Source: Lentisphaerota bacterium (GTDB taxonomy: Bacteria > Verrucomicrobiota > Lentisphaeria > Victivallales > Victivallaceae). Taken from it: 64,000 bases of DNA. Under the pieces are notes generated by a model. It did no database searches and was not told the DNA's origin. It was given only the letters and a program-made list of their open reading frames with translations. Where the stretch lies: positions 11,514 to 75,513 of the forward strand of contig SUVW01000008.1 in assembly GCA_015061815.1 (NCBI GenBank), written 5' to 3'. Shown in pieces: positions 1 through 8,754 of this stretch (position 1 is the stretch's first letter; every line of letters begins with the position of its first letter). Both the position numbers and the translations under genes were made by a program.

Positions 1-1
1 G

Positions 2-1156
2 ATGGCATTTGTCGATTACCGTAAAAAAGGTGAACGCACCAGCCGCCGTGCGTATGATATTTCGGGGGGGCAAATGCGCTGTGACCGTACCAAGCATACG
101 GTGTTGCTGACCGGTTTGGAGAGTGATACGGAATATGAATACCGCCCCGGGATCATCCGGTTCCCGGAAACCGGACTTTACCGGTATGAACTTTTTGATC
201 AGCCTCAAACAATTTATCTGGAAAAAGCCGGTTTCCGAACTTTTACTTGTGCGCCGACGAAGTTCAGCATGTTTTACACCAGTGATATTCATGGCATGCC
301 GGCACAACGCATTACTCTGTTGAATGATTTTCTGAAAAACTGCCGGGCTGGCGATGCGGATATCCTGGTTTCCGGCGGAGATATCGGGAAAGAACTCTAC
401 GACTCGGAAAGGGTGTTGCTGCATTCTCTGACCGATGTACTTTTTACCGGATGCAAGAAAAAGCCGGTTTTTGTCTCTGTTCGCGGCAATCACGAATATC
501 GCGGTTTTGAGAGTGCGGATTTTCAACGCTTTTTCGGGGGCAAAGAGGAAAAAACTTATTATATGTTCCGGATGGGAGAAGTCTGCTTTATTGTACTGGA
601 TTCCGGAGAAGATAAACCCCGGCAGAAAAATTTTGCCTATTACGCCCGTCATTTTGACCGGGAATTGATGCTTGAACAGCGGAAATGGCTGGAAAAAGCC
701 GTGGCCGATGAAATGTTTACCGGAGCAAAATTCAAAGTGGTGATGATCCATTCGTCCGGGGAACAGAAATATATGCGGGAAAATATTTCCGTTATCACCG
801 ATGGATTATTTACCGGGAAAGATCCGGCACATAAGATCCATTTGTGGCTTTGCGGTCATACCCATCATTTCAGCCGGAGCGTTTCTCCGGACGGGAGAGA
901 TGTAATGGCTCAAGAAGATATCGCAGTAAGAAACACCGGGGCGCTTTTCAGCGGTCACGGCGTGGTGCTGGTCGGCGGCGGTCCAACAGGAAACAAACGC
1001 AACAATACCGGAAGTATGATCAGTTTTTCTGAAAACGCCATAAAAATCCAATCCGCCGGCAGAGATGGAAAGGTTTTTGACAGTTTTTATATAATGCCGG
1101 ACGGAACGGTGAAAGAAGATTTTTCTTCATTGAAACTTGTCCGTGCATCGCAGTGA
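2..1156 (+). CDS. metallophosphoesterase (calcineurin-like / purple-acid-phosphatase-like), probably 5'-truncated at window edge
   Basis: The ORF is open to the window edge. Motifs GGDIGKE, VRGNHEY and GHTHH are typical of dinuclear metallophosphoesterases. The N-terminal LTGLESDTEYEYR resembles the Fn3-like domain of PAP-type enzymes. Confidence 0.7.
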   Translation: MAFVDYRKKGERTSRRAYDISGGQMRCDRTKHTVLLTGLESDTEYEYRPGIIRFPETGLYRYELFDQPQTIYLEKAGFRTFTCAPTKFSMFYTSDIHGMPAQRITLLNDFLKNCRAGDADILVSGGDIGKELYDSERVLLHSLTDVLFTGCKKKPVFVSVRGNHEYRGFESADFQRFFGGKEEKTYYMFRMGEVCFIVLDSGEDKPRQKNFAYYARHFDRELMLEQRKWLEKAVADEMFTGAKFKVVMIHSSGEQKYMRENISVITDGLFTGKDPAHKIHLWLCGHTHHFSRSVSPDGRDVMAQEDIAVRNTGALFSGHGVVLVGGGPTGNKRNNTGSMISFSENAIKIQSAGRDGKVFDSFYIMPDGTVKEDFSSLKLVRASQ

Positions 1157-1222
1157 ACAGGCGTTTTACAGATCAAACGGCAAAAAGCAATATATAATAT
1201 ACATTTTTCAAGGAGGCACATC

Positions 1223-2641
1223 ATGTTGTCATCTCACGTACCGGACCCCGGAGAAGTCCGTCAAATCAATTTTATCAATGAAAATACCGGTGATATCGGC
1301 ATTTCGTTCCATCCGGAAAAGGAGTGTGCCGCGATGCGTCCGTTGCATGGTCTGGGGAATTTTGCACCGCTTCAAAATTCCGGGATGCAGTGCCGGCTGC
1401 CGGTACTTGATATGATCAGGGCTCTGCAAGTGCCCTACAGTTATTTTCACGATGCACCCTACGAAAATCCGGGGCTGGATCTCATAGATATTTCCCGCCT
1501 TTTTCCGATATTCAGTGCGGATGAAAATGATCCTGCCAACTACCGGTTCGCCGAAAATGATGCTTATCTGCAAAATGTTGTCGATTCCGGGACCGGGATA
1601 ATCTTCCGGCTGGGCGAATCCATCGAAGTATCTTCCGGCCGCCGCTACCGGGTGAATCCGCCGGCTGATTATGAAAAATGGGCCAATATCTGTCTGAATA
1701 TCATCCGTCATTACAATGAGGGATGGGGAGATGGTTTTCATTGGAATATCCGGGACTGGGCGATATGGGAGGAACCGAATAATCCAAATTTGTGGACCGG
1801 AAAATTTGAAGATTATCTCCGGCTTTATGAGGTGACTTCCCGAAAAATCAAAGCCGCGTTCCCGGAACTGCGTGTCGGCGGCCCCCAGACCACTACGCTG
1901 GGCATCCGCTTTCTGGAACAGTTTCTGGCATTCTGCCGGGAAAAGGATCTGCCGCTGGATTTTGTCAATTATACGGCATATTATCATACCCCGGCGGAAC
2001 TTCTTGCTGAAACTTTTGTGCGCAGAAAAATTATTGACAGTTACGGTTATGCCGATGTGCCGATGATGATCAATGAATGGCATGGCAGTCCGGTCTGGCA
2101 ATCATTTTCCGATCATGTCGGCTATCTGCGGGAATCGAACCGCGTGGGCGGTTTTGACGGAGCTGTTTTTGCCGGAACGGTACTTTGCGGTTTGCAGGAT
2201 ACTCCGGTAGAGAAAGCCTGTTATTATGCCGCTGCCACTTTCGGAGGATACGGACTTTTCAATGAACGCCGACAGCCGACGCCTCAATATTTCCTCTTTG
2301 AGAAATTTTGCGGGATGTTCAATAATGCCAGACGCCGCATCGCCCTTGAGCTGGATTGCGATGAACCGAATGTCAAAGGTTTGGCGGTGTTGAGCAACAG
2401 TGAAAATATAGAAGCTGTCATCGGATGTTATCTCCGGAAATCCCGCACGATAAATATCACAATTCCCCGAGGATATCAGGTAGATTCGGTGGAGATAATA
2501 AACCGGGAAAATCCGGCATTCACCACTTTACGCCCCTGGGATTTCACCCTCCGCGACAATACACTGTCGCTCCGGAAAACCGAAGAGCCTGAACTCTTTT
2601 TTGTCCGTTTTACCGAAAAAAAAGATTGTCATAAAAAATGA
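1223..2641 (+). CDS. cytoplasmic glycoside hydrolase, clan GH-A (GH39-like) TIM barrel
   Basis: ATG is preceded by AGGAGG. WAIWEEPNNPNLW resembles the GH39/GH-A acid-base strand (..IWNEPN..) and MMINEWHGS resembles the nucleophile strand. No signal peptide. Confidence 0.55.
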   Translation: MLSSHVPDPGEVRQINFINENTGDIGISFHPEKECAAMRPLHGLGNFAPLQNSGMQCRLPVLDMIRALQVPYSYFHDAPYENPGLDLIDISRLFPIFSADENDPANYRFAENDAYLQNVVDSGTGIIFRLGESIEVSSGRRYRVNPPADYEKWANICLNIIRHYNEGWGDGFHWNIRDWAIWEEPNNPNLWTGKFEDYLRLYEVTSRKIKAAFPELRVGGPQTTTLGIRFLEQFLAFCREKDLPLDFVNYTAYYHTPAELLAETFVRRKIIDSYGYADVPMMINEWHGSPVWQSFSDHVGYLRESNRVGGFDGAVFAGTVLCGLQDTPVEKACYYAAATFGGYGLFNERRQPTPQYFLFEKFCGMFNNARRRIALELDCDEPNVKGLAVLSNSENIEAVIGCYLRKSRTINITIPRGYQVDSVEIINRENPAFTTLRPWDFTLRDNTLSLRKTEEPELFFVRFTEKKDCHKK

Positions 2642-3287
2642 TCTGACGCAGAGCCGGAAATTGCACATGGGGGTGGAACTAAAAAAATCTCTGTTCCTGA
2701 TATGTACAGGTATTCAGTTGTAAAGCGTATAATATTCTGCGATGCAAAGGGGTACCGGGGTGCTGGGGCGGTGTGAGCACCCTGCCCCCAAAAACACCCC
2801 GCGTTGGCAACAGCGCGTCAAAAAAAAGGAGTAAATTCAGCAATGGTATTTGAAGTCAAACTCACCAGCTTGACGGAATTTCCGGAACTTCCGTCAAGCA
2901 TCGAATTCAGTTGCGCCCTCGGTGATTTCCTCCGTTTTGCCGTTCAGGATTTTATCCAGTTCGTCAGCATCGAAGTCCAAGAGCGACAGGTGCAATTTCA
3001 GTCTTTTTCAATTCCGTCTTCCTGTTTTTTATGATTTTCTGCCGATTCCTGTCACAAACCGCCGAAGAACTAAATTTTTTGAATAGAAACAAGTCAGTTT
3101 CGTTTGGGATGAGACCACGAAGAATGGTTCTTCCCGGTGTGGAATATTCCGTCATCTCTTCCGAAAATGCAAAAACGCGGGGGATTGCAGGAAATATAAA
3201 ATTGCCTTTTGAAGACGAAGACCTCAAGTGACATCTGAGTTTTTAAGCACAAAATGCGTTTCAGAATGGCAGGAAAGACAAAAAGGA

Positions 3288-4169
3288 TCACAGAAAAGGA
3301 CTTTTTCTTTTTTTATCAGGGATTTGCACAAGCACGACAGCGGCAAAAATAATTACGCAGCCGATAAGATTTGACAGCGAATAACGCTCTTTCAAAAGCA
3401 AGCTTCCCCAAAGTACCGCAAAGACAGAGGCTGTACTCAAAATTATTGAAGCAGTCGCCGGATGAACATATTTTTGAGCCGCGATCTGAATCGTGCAGGC
3501 AAAACCGATAGCAATCAAACCGCAGAAAAGCAATGGCCCGACGGTCAGTCCTATATCGGAAAATGTACAAGTTTCTCCGGCGGTCAGAGCCGCTATCCCC
3601 GATATCACAGCAACCACAGCGAACTGCACTGCCGATAATTGCAGCGCATCAGCTCCGGGAGCAAATTTTGCAATGGCAATAAATTGAAATGCAAAACACA
3701 GAGCGCAAACAACCATCAAGACATCTCCAAAATTCACAACGGTCTCCGGAGAACCATCGGCGCAAAGTAAATATGTCCCGGCAACAGAGAGCAATGATGC
3801 GCACCAAATCGTCCATGCCGATTTTTTATGAATAAAAACTCCGATCACCGGAATCATTATCACATACAGTGCAGTTAAAAAACCGGCCTTCCCCGCAGAT
3901 GTATACAGCAAACCGAATTGCTGCAATATTTCACCGCCGGCAAGACACAATCCACAAATAATTCCGCCGGAAATAAGATTTTTATCCGGGCGTTTCCGGA
4001 AAAATAAAATGGCCGGAACAAGCATCAATGTTCCCAGTAAATAACGTAAAAACACAAATATCAGCGGCGGCATGGTAGCCATCGCCTGCGCCTGGGCAGA
4101 ATAGGATAATCCCCATATTGCAGCTGTTATGAACAACAGTAATATTGCCAAACGGTTCATTTTTTTCAT
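3288..4169 (-). CDS. DMT-superfamily (EamA-like) transporter
   Basis: 293 aa and about 10 predicted hydrophobic helices in two halves, typical of EamA repeats. GGAGAT lies upstream of the ATG. Confidence 0.8.
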   Translation of the reverse strand: MKKMNRLAILLLFITAAIWGLSYSAQAQAMATMPPLIFVFLRYLLGTLMLVPAILFFRKRPDKNLISGGIICGLCLAGGEILQQFGLLYTSAGKAGFLTALYVIMIPVIGVFIHKKSAWTIWCASLLSVAGTYLLCADGSPETVVNFGDVLMVVCALCFAFQFIAIAKFAPGADALQLSAVQFAVVAVISGIAALTAGETCTFSDIGLTVGPLLFCGLIAIGFACTIQIAAQKYVHPATASIILSTASVFAVLWGSLLLKERYSLSNLIGCVIIFAAVVLVQIPDKKRKSPFL

Positions 4170-4209
4170 ATTTTATGATCTCCGCTTTTTCAGTATTTCC
4201 ATAAGTAAT

Positions 4210-4977
4210 TTATCTGTGCGGAATGTGCGGTTCTTTTGTCGGCCCGAATATCTCTGCCGGAGCGACCTTTCCCAATACAGAAGCAAATTTTTCCATCCTT
4301 TCCCGCGAAGCCGGGGACAATTCTGCAATAACACCGCGACGGTCAAGAGTATTAAGGTGTATAAAATCCGGTTTTATACACCCGACCAGTTTGTAAAAAC
4401 GGTCAATACTTGCGTCAGAATCATTTACCCCCGGCACGACAAAGATTTCCAATGCCATTTTCACCGGAATATTCCGGCGGAATGAACACAATCCGGCGAA
4501 AAGTTTTTCCAATGTTTCTCCGGGATAAGGACGGTTTATATATAAATATTCCTCTTCAGAAGAAGCATCCAGAGAAGGAATTATCAAATCAAGTTGAGAA
4601 AGTTCTTTCTGAAGTGCAGCATCCCCCAGCAAAAGTCCGTTGGTCAAAAGACATATCCGGCATTCCGGATGATATTTTTTCATATACCCGATCACCCGCC
4701 CGATGCCGGAATTCAGCGTAGGTTCTCCGGCTCCGGAAAAGGTCACATAATCCGGCTTCGGAATATTTTTCAGTGTCGCATCCAATTCTGCAATCACCTC
4801 ATCCACCGGGACATACTCCTTTCGGGTCATTGTCAAATTTGTTGTTGCCTTTGCTTCACAATATATGCAATCCAGTGAACAGGTTTTTGCGTTCACCAGG
4901 TCGATTCCGAGAGATTTTCCCAATCGGCGGGAATTTATCGGCCCGAAGATAAATTTTCTTACTTTAAGCTCTTCCAT
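4210..4977 (-). CDS. radical SAM protein (COG0731-like, no SPASM domain)
   Basis: N-terminus is GPINSRRLGKSLGIDLVNAKTCSLDCIYCE with a CX3CX2C cluster motif, followed by FSGAGEPTL. 255 aa. Confidence 0.8.
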   Translation of the reverse strand: MEELKVRKFIFGPINSRRLGKSLGIDLVNAKTCSLDCIYCEAKATTNLTMTRKEYVPVDEVIAELDATLKNIPKPDYVTFSGAGEPTLNSGIGRVIGYMKKYHPECRICLLTNGLLLGDAALQKELSQLDLIIPSLDASSEEEYLYINRPYPGETLEKLFAGLCSFRRNIPVKMALEIFVVPGVNDSDASIDRFYKLVGCIKPDFIHLNTLDRRGVIAELSPASRERMEKFASVLGKVAPAEIFGPTKEPHIPHR

Positions 4978-5386
4978 AATAAACCTTGTTTTTTAACATA
5001 CATCGCTGTTAATATAATTCTTACGATGATGCATTTCAAACAACTTAATCCCATTTTTTGTTTTTATCTCAACACTTTTCCCGGAAATGATATTTTTTCT
5101 TTCCACATGGATAATTTTCCAGTGGCGGCAGAATCAATGACCTTGAAAAAACAGTTCTCCGCAGTAAGATAAATCGGTTTCATCATTTTTTAATGAGCCA
5201 ACACTTTACAAATACTATATTAAGAAAGAGTGTTGCAAGAGTCATTCTTCAGAAAAAGATTAAAAATTCAATGCTGCCGGAGGGAAATATACTGCGGCGT
5301 GATCTCTTTTCTGGCGATCCCCGGATTTGCGGTGCAATACCGGCATATATCCTCTGAAACAGCAGTGTAAATTTTTACATCAATAC

Positions 5387-5421
5387 AAAAAAATGCGGTC
5401 TGTCTGCAGACCGCATTTTTT
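5387..5421 (-). terminator. Rho-independent (bidirectional) terminator ending the 5.4-13.8 kb locus
   Basis: Perfect 10-bp stem ATGCGGTCTG/CAGACCGCAT (5393-5416) with a 4-nt loop. It is flanked by an A7 run and a T-run and lies 39 nt downstream of the stop at 5455. Confidence 0.65.
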
Positions 5422-5454
5422 CAGAATACGACAGCCCGGAAACCGGACTGATTT

Positions 5455-6270
5455 TTACTCAATTTCCAGTACTAAATCTTTCAATTCGGTAACTGCAGCT
5501 GAAGTTGTCCCGTTGCAGTTGATATACAACTTCAACTGTTCCACTTCCGCAGCAGCGGGGAAGCTTTTGCCGTCAAACTCTCCCGGCGGCAGAGTTCCGG
5601 TCATGGAAACGGAAAAATCTTTCCACTCTCCAGTCAGAGAACTGACATAATAGAGCCGGTTGTAATAACTGTAACCGGAATGCAAACGCACCAAAGCTCC
5701 GGCAGGAAGATCAAATTTCACCGCATAAGGCAGAGTAACAGTCAGTGTACCATCTGCGGCCGCTTCAATTGCCTTGAGGCCGCTGCCGCCGGAAAGATTG
5801 CTGTTGGGCAGATCAGAAAGATCCCGGGAAACATTGAATGCAACCTGATATCCGGGAACAGTGCGCCATGCTTTGGCGTTTTCCGGTTTGACTTTGATAA
5901 CTCTGGCACCGGCTTTCACATCCGAAGCCAGCACGGCATAACTGTCTTTCACCACTTTGAATGCGGCCAGAGGCAGGGCTTTTTCCTCATCATTGAGCAG
6001 CAAAAATCCCAAACCGAAGTTGCTTTTCGGCGAATTTGCCGCCTGCCGGACCTTGCCGCGCAAAGTATATTTTTTGTTGCGATCGATCCGGGGATAATCA
6101 ATTGTGGTCAAAGTGACCCGCCCTGCCACCCGGATGGAACCGTCTGGCTGTGCGGTGATGCTGGATTCTTCGCGCCACATACCCGGTTCACACAAATTGA
6201 CGATCTCAGCGGCACAAACAGCCGTTGAAATGACCGCAGGCAACAAAAATGCTGATAAAACTTTTTTCAT
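5455..6270 (-). CDS. exported protein of unknown function, CBM/jelly-roll-like; tandem paralogue A
   Basis: Signal peptide MKKVLSAFLLPAVISTAVCAA. Many blocks are shared with the adjacent gene (KKYTLRGKV, KDLSDLPN, ADGT.TVTL, DLPAG, RL.SGYS, EW.DF.VS, LPPG, EIE). Confidence 0.75.
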   Translation of the reverse strand: MKKVLSAFLLPAVISTAVCAAEIVNLCEPGMWREESSITAQPDGSIRVAGRVTLTTIDYPRIDRNKKYTLRGKVRQAANSPKSNFGLGFLLLNDEEKALPLAAFKVVKDSYAVLASDVKAGARVIKVKPENAKAWRTVPGYQVAFNVSRDLSDLPNSNLSGGSGLKAIEAAADGTLTVTLPYAVKFDLPAGALVRLHSGYSYYNRLYYVSSLTGEWKDFSVSMTGTLPPGEFDGKSFPAAAEVEQLKLYINCNGTTSAAVTELKDLVLEIE

Positions 6271-6289
6271 AATAACTGCCCCTGCCCTG

Positions 6290-7096
6290 TTATTCGATTT
6301 CCATAACCATATCTTTAAATTCAGTCGTGGCCTTTTTATTCAACCAGTTGACCATGATAAAGAGCCGGATTGAGTCAACTCCGGCGGGGAATTTTTTGCC
6401 GTTGTAAATTCCCGGAGGCAGCTGCTCACCGGAAATGGAAACATTAAAATCCTGCCATTCAGATGTGACCGGTTTCATTTTATACAGATTGAAATAAATG
6501 CTGTATCCGGAACAAAGACGGATCTGTGTACCGGCGGGGAGATCATATTTAACCGGAGATTTCAAAGTGACCGTCTGAGTACCGTCGGCGTTTTTCTCAA
6601 CTTTGGCTAAATCAGCTGAAGTTTTTTCATTGGGCAGGTCGGAAAGATCTTTCTGGGCCTGAAACATTACCGCCCATCCGGGGACCGGACGCCAGACTTT
6701 GGGATTTTCAGCCTTTATTTTGATTACAGTATCGCCGTTTTTTACCGCCCCGGTCAACTGCGCATGGCTGTCTTTGATCGCCCAGAAGTTATTCAGCGGC
6801 ATGGTACGGCCGGTTTTATCCAGCAGGGTGAATCCGACACTTATTTCAGTTACCGGAGAATTTTCACCCAACTTGACTTTACCGCGAATGGTATACTTTT
6901 TAGCGGCATCGAGTTTGGCCGGAGTTTTGAGCCGGATGCAATACATCCCGCTGATACGCAGCAGACCCTCTTCCGGGGTACGCATCATATATTTATGCTC
7001 CCAGACATTTTTATCCATCAGGTTGACGGTTTCCGGTGCGGCAAAGGCAGGCATGACCGCCGCCGCAGCAATAATTGAAGTAATAAGTTTTTTCAT
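6290..7096 (-). CDS. exported protein of unknown function, CBM/jelly-roll-like; tandem paralogue B
   Basis: Start trimmed to MKKLITSIIAAAAVMPAFA (ATG 7096-7094) with GGAGAAAG upstream. Paralogous to 5455..6270. Confidence 0.75.
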   Translation of the reverse strand: MKKLITSIIAAAAVMPAFAAPETVNLMDKNVWEHKYMMRTPEEGLLRISGMYCIRLKTPAKLDAAKKYTIRGKVKLGENSPVTEISVGFTLLDKTGRTMPLNNFWAIKDSHAQLTGAVKNGDTVIKIKAENPKVWRPVPGWAVMFQAQKDLSDLPNEKTSADLAKVEKNADGTQTVTLKSPVKYDLPAGTQIRLCSGYSIYFNLYKMKPVTSEWQDFNVSISGEQLPPGIYNGKKFPAGVDSIRLFIMVNWLNKKATTEFKDMVMEIE

Positions 7097-7112
7097 AGTT
7101 CTTTCTCCTATA

Positions 7113-7871
7113 TTATAAGCTATTTTTAAATACACCATCTTTGTTAAAAACTGTTTTATGTCCACGCGGATTAGCCCGAACTGTTGTACTGCCAACAACC
7201 CCTTCCCGCACATTGGGAATAGTATTGACATGTCCGCCAGTGTCAAGATATCCAAATTTTTTAAACATCTGATCTGCAGTGACCCCTTCCACATGACCAT
7301 CAAACAGCAAACCATTCAAAATTTTGGAATGTCTGGTATATGGCAATGCATAACTGGAATTATTCAATACATAAATCAAGCAATCTTCTGTTCCGGCAGT
7401 TCCTCGTCCTGAATCAGCGACCAGCAAAACATTGCTTTCTCCCATTTTCTTAACAGAATTCACCTTGAAATTGATAACATGGTTATTGCCATAAGTCATA
7501 ATACCATATGCATTACCGACATACAGAGTTTGTCGTGCTCTTGCATCCGGACACATAAATATATCTGCATCTTGATTATTTGCTCCGGATGTAAGATATT
7601 TACCAAACATCAACGCTGATACCCAAGGATATTGTCCGGCAGTCGTACTTGCATCTTTTGCGTTATAACTGATGAGAGTGTCGCTATAATCTCCACGATA
7701 CATTTGAATTGCACTGCCAATACTCTTCAACCGGGAAGCGCAGTCTGTCTGAATACCGCGCTCACGCGCAGAATTGAGGGCGGGCAGCAGAATTGCGGCG
7801 AGGATCGCGATGATCGCGATGACCACGAGAAGTTCGATCAGAGTGAATTGCGCTTTGGATACATTTTTCAT
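7113..7871 (-). CDS. prepilin-type N-terminal cleavage/methylation domain protein, DUF1559 (H-X9-DG) family
   Basis: N-terminus is [34 protein letters not shown]. The C-terminal LLFDGHVEG motif is present. GGAG lies upstream of the ATG. Confidence 0.85.
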   Translation of the reverse strand: MKNVSKAQFTLIELLVVIAIIAILAAILLPALNSARERGIQTDCASRLKSIGSAIQMYRGDYSDTLISYNAKDASTTAGQYPWVSALMFGKYLTSGANNQDADIFMCPDARARQTLYVGNAYGIMTYGNNHVINFKVNSVKKMGESNVLLVADSGRGTAGTEDCLIYVLNNSSYALPYTRHSKILNGLLFDGHVEGVTADQMFKKFGYLDTGGHVNTIPNVREGVVGSTTVRANPRGHKTVFNKDGVFKNSL

Positions 7872-7892
7872 TATTTTTTCTCCTGCATTTAA

Positions 7893-8726
7893 TTACAGAA
7901 CCGTACGGGTATCCCGGTACCAGTTCCAGAAATTTTTCAGATACTCAACCTGCTCACGATGATTCAGACGGCAGAAGTAACCGCTTTGCAGCGCGCACCA
8001 GCTGTCGATATTGCCTTTATCCAGCTCCGCAGCGATCTTGTTGCACTGCAGCTGCAGCTGATCAATCGGCAGCGGACCGCCACCGTCACCATAGGCGTGG
8101 ATGAACAGCCCCTGCATAATCTCCTTGTCAGCAAATTCCCGGCGGAGAATCAACATCTGCTCATCAAACAGCGCATTCCAGAAGTAATCCGTCGAATGCC
8201 ACGACCAGATGCTCAATCCGTCAAAATCCGCCCGGCAGCTCTCCAGTTTGGAAAAATCCTGACGGGTGTGATAGTGAACCAGATAAAGTTTCAGTTCCGG
8301 ATTGATATCTTTCATGGCACAGTTGATCACATGCAGCTCCTCGTCACTCATATTCTCACTCGGCCCGGCCGGTGAACGGAAGTCATCCAGCACCGCACCT
8401 TTGAGATTGGGATACTTGAGGGAAAGCTCTGCGATCTTCGCCGCTGCTTCCTTGTAAAACAACTCCCACTTGCCCGATCCCGGATAATCATGCTCCATGT
8501 GGGTCAATCCGCACATAACTGAATCAAAATCCTGCAGTCTTTCACAATTTTTTTCATTCAGGAAATCCAGACTGTGCATCGGGTTCATCCAGCAAACATT
8601 GCCGCACCCCAGATACCTGGCCGCCGTTTCCAGACTGCAGGAAGTACTGCCGTCTACAAAGTAGGACGGCCCGGGTATCCGGTCAAGAGTGTATCCCCAG
8701 GTCCAAAAACGTTTATCCTGTTTCAT
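7893..8726 (-). CDS. hypothetical cytoplasmic protein (possible alpha/beta-barrel fold)
   Basis: 277-aa ORF with no signal peptide and protein-like composition. It is tightly packed between the DUF1559 gene and the 828-aa gene. No family recognised. Confidence 0.55.
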   Translation of the reverse strand: MKQDKRFWTWGYTLDRIPGPSYFVDGSTSCSLETAARYLGCGNVCWMNPMHSLDFLNEKNCERLQDFDSVMCGLTHMEHDYPGSGKWELFYKEAAAKIAELSLKYPNLKGAVLDDFRSPAGPSENMSDEELHVINCAMKDINPELKLYLVHYHTRQDFSKLESCRADFDGLSIWSWHSTDYFWNALFDEQMLILRREFADKEIMQGLFIHAYGDGGGPLPIDQLQLQCNKIAAELDKGNIDSWCALQSGYFCRLNHREQVEYLKNFWNWYRDTRTVL

Positions 8727-8754
8727 ATTCGCACTCCTTTAATGTACCATTGAA

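Noticed and set aside
2894-3008. A fragment resembling the repeated L.GFD..EL..LL motif of ParB-nuclease/DNA-methylase phage-plasmid proteins, considered as a possible mobile-element remnant.
   Set aside because: There is only one short motif-like stretch of about 35 codons bounded by stops. No flanking homology is visible in any frame, and no integrase or repeats are nearby. It is too weak to call.
5064-5186. 40-aa minus-strand ORF (MMKPIYLTAENCFFKVIDSAATGKLSMWKEKISFPGKVLR) upstream of the radical SAM gene, considered as a possible RiPP precursor.
   Set aside because: It has no SD. It contains only one Cys. The radical SAM enzyme is short (255 aa) and has no SPASM or RRE domain. The region is AT-rich and looks like promoter or spacer DNA. 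The evidence is insufficient.
6290-7315. Long N-terminal extensions in the ORF track: 6290-7315, 22179-23843, 23814-24674, 28516-30132, 33980-35086, 37098-37541 and 40874-41194.
   Set aside because: In each case an internal ATG has an SD and gives a canonical N-terminus (a signal peptide or a family-typical start). The extension has non-coding-like composition or overlaps the upstream gene.
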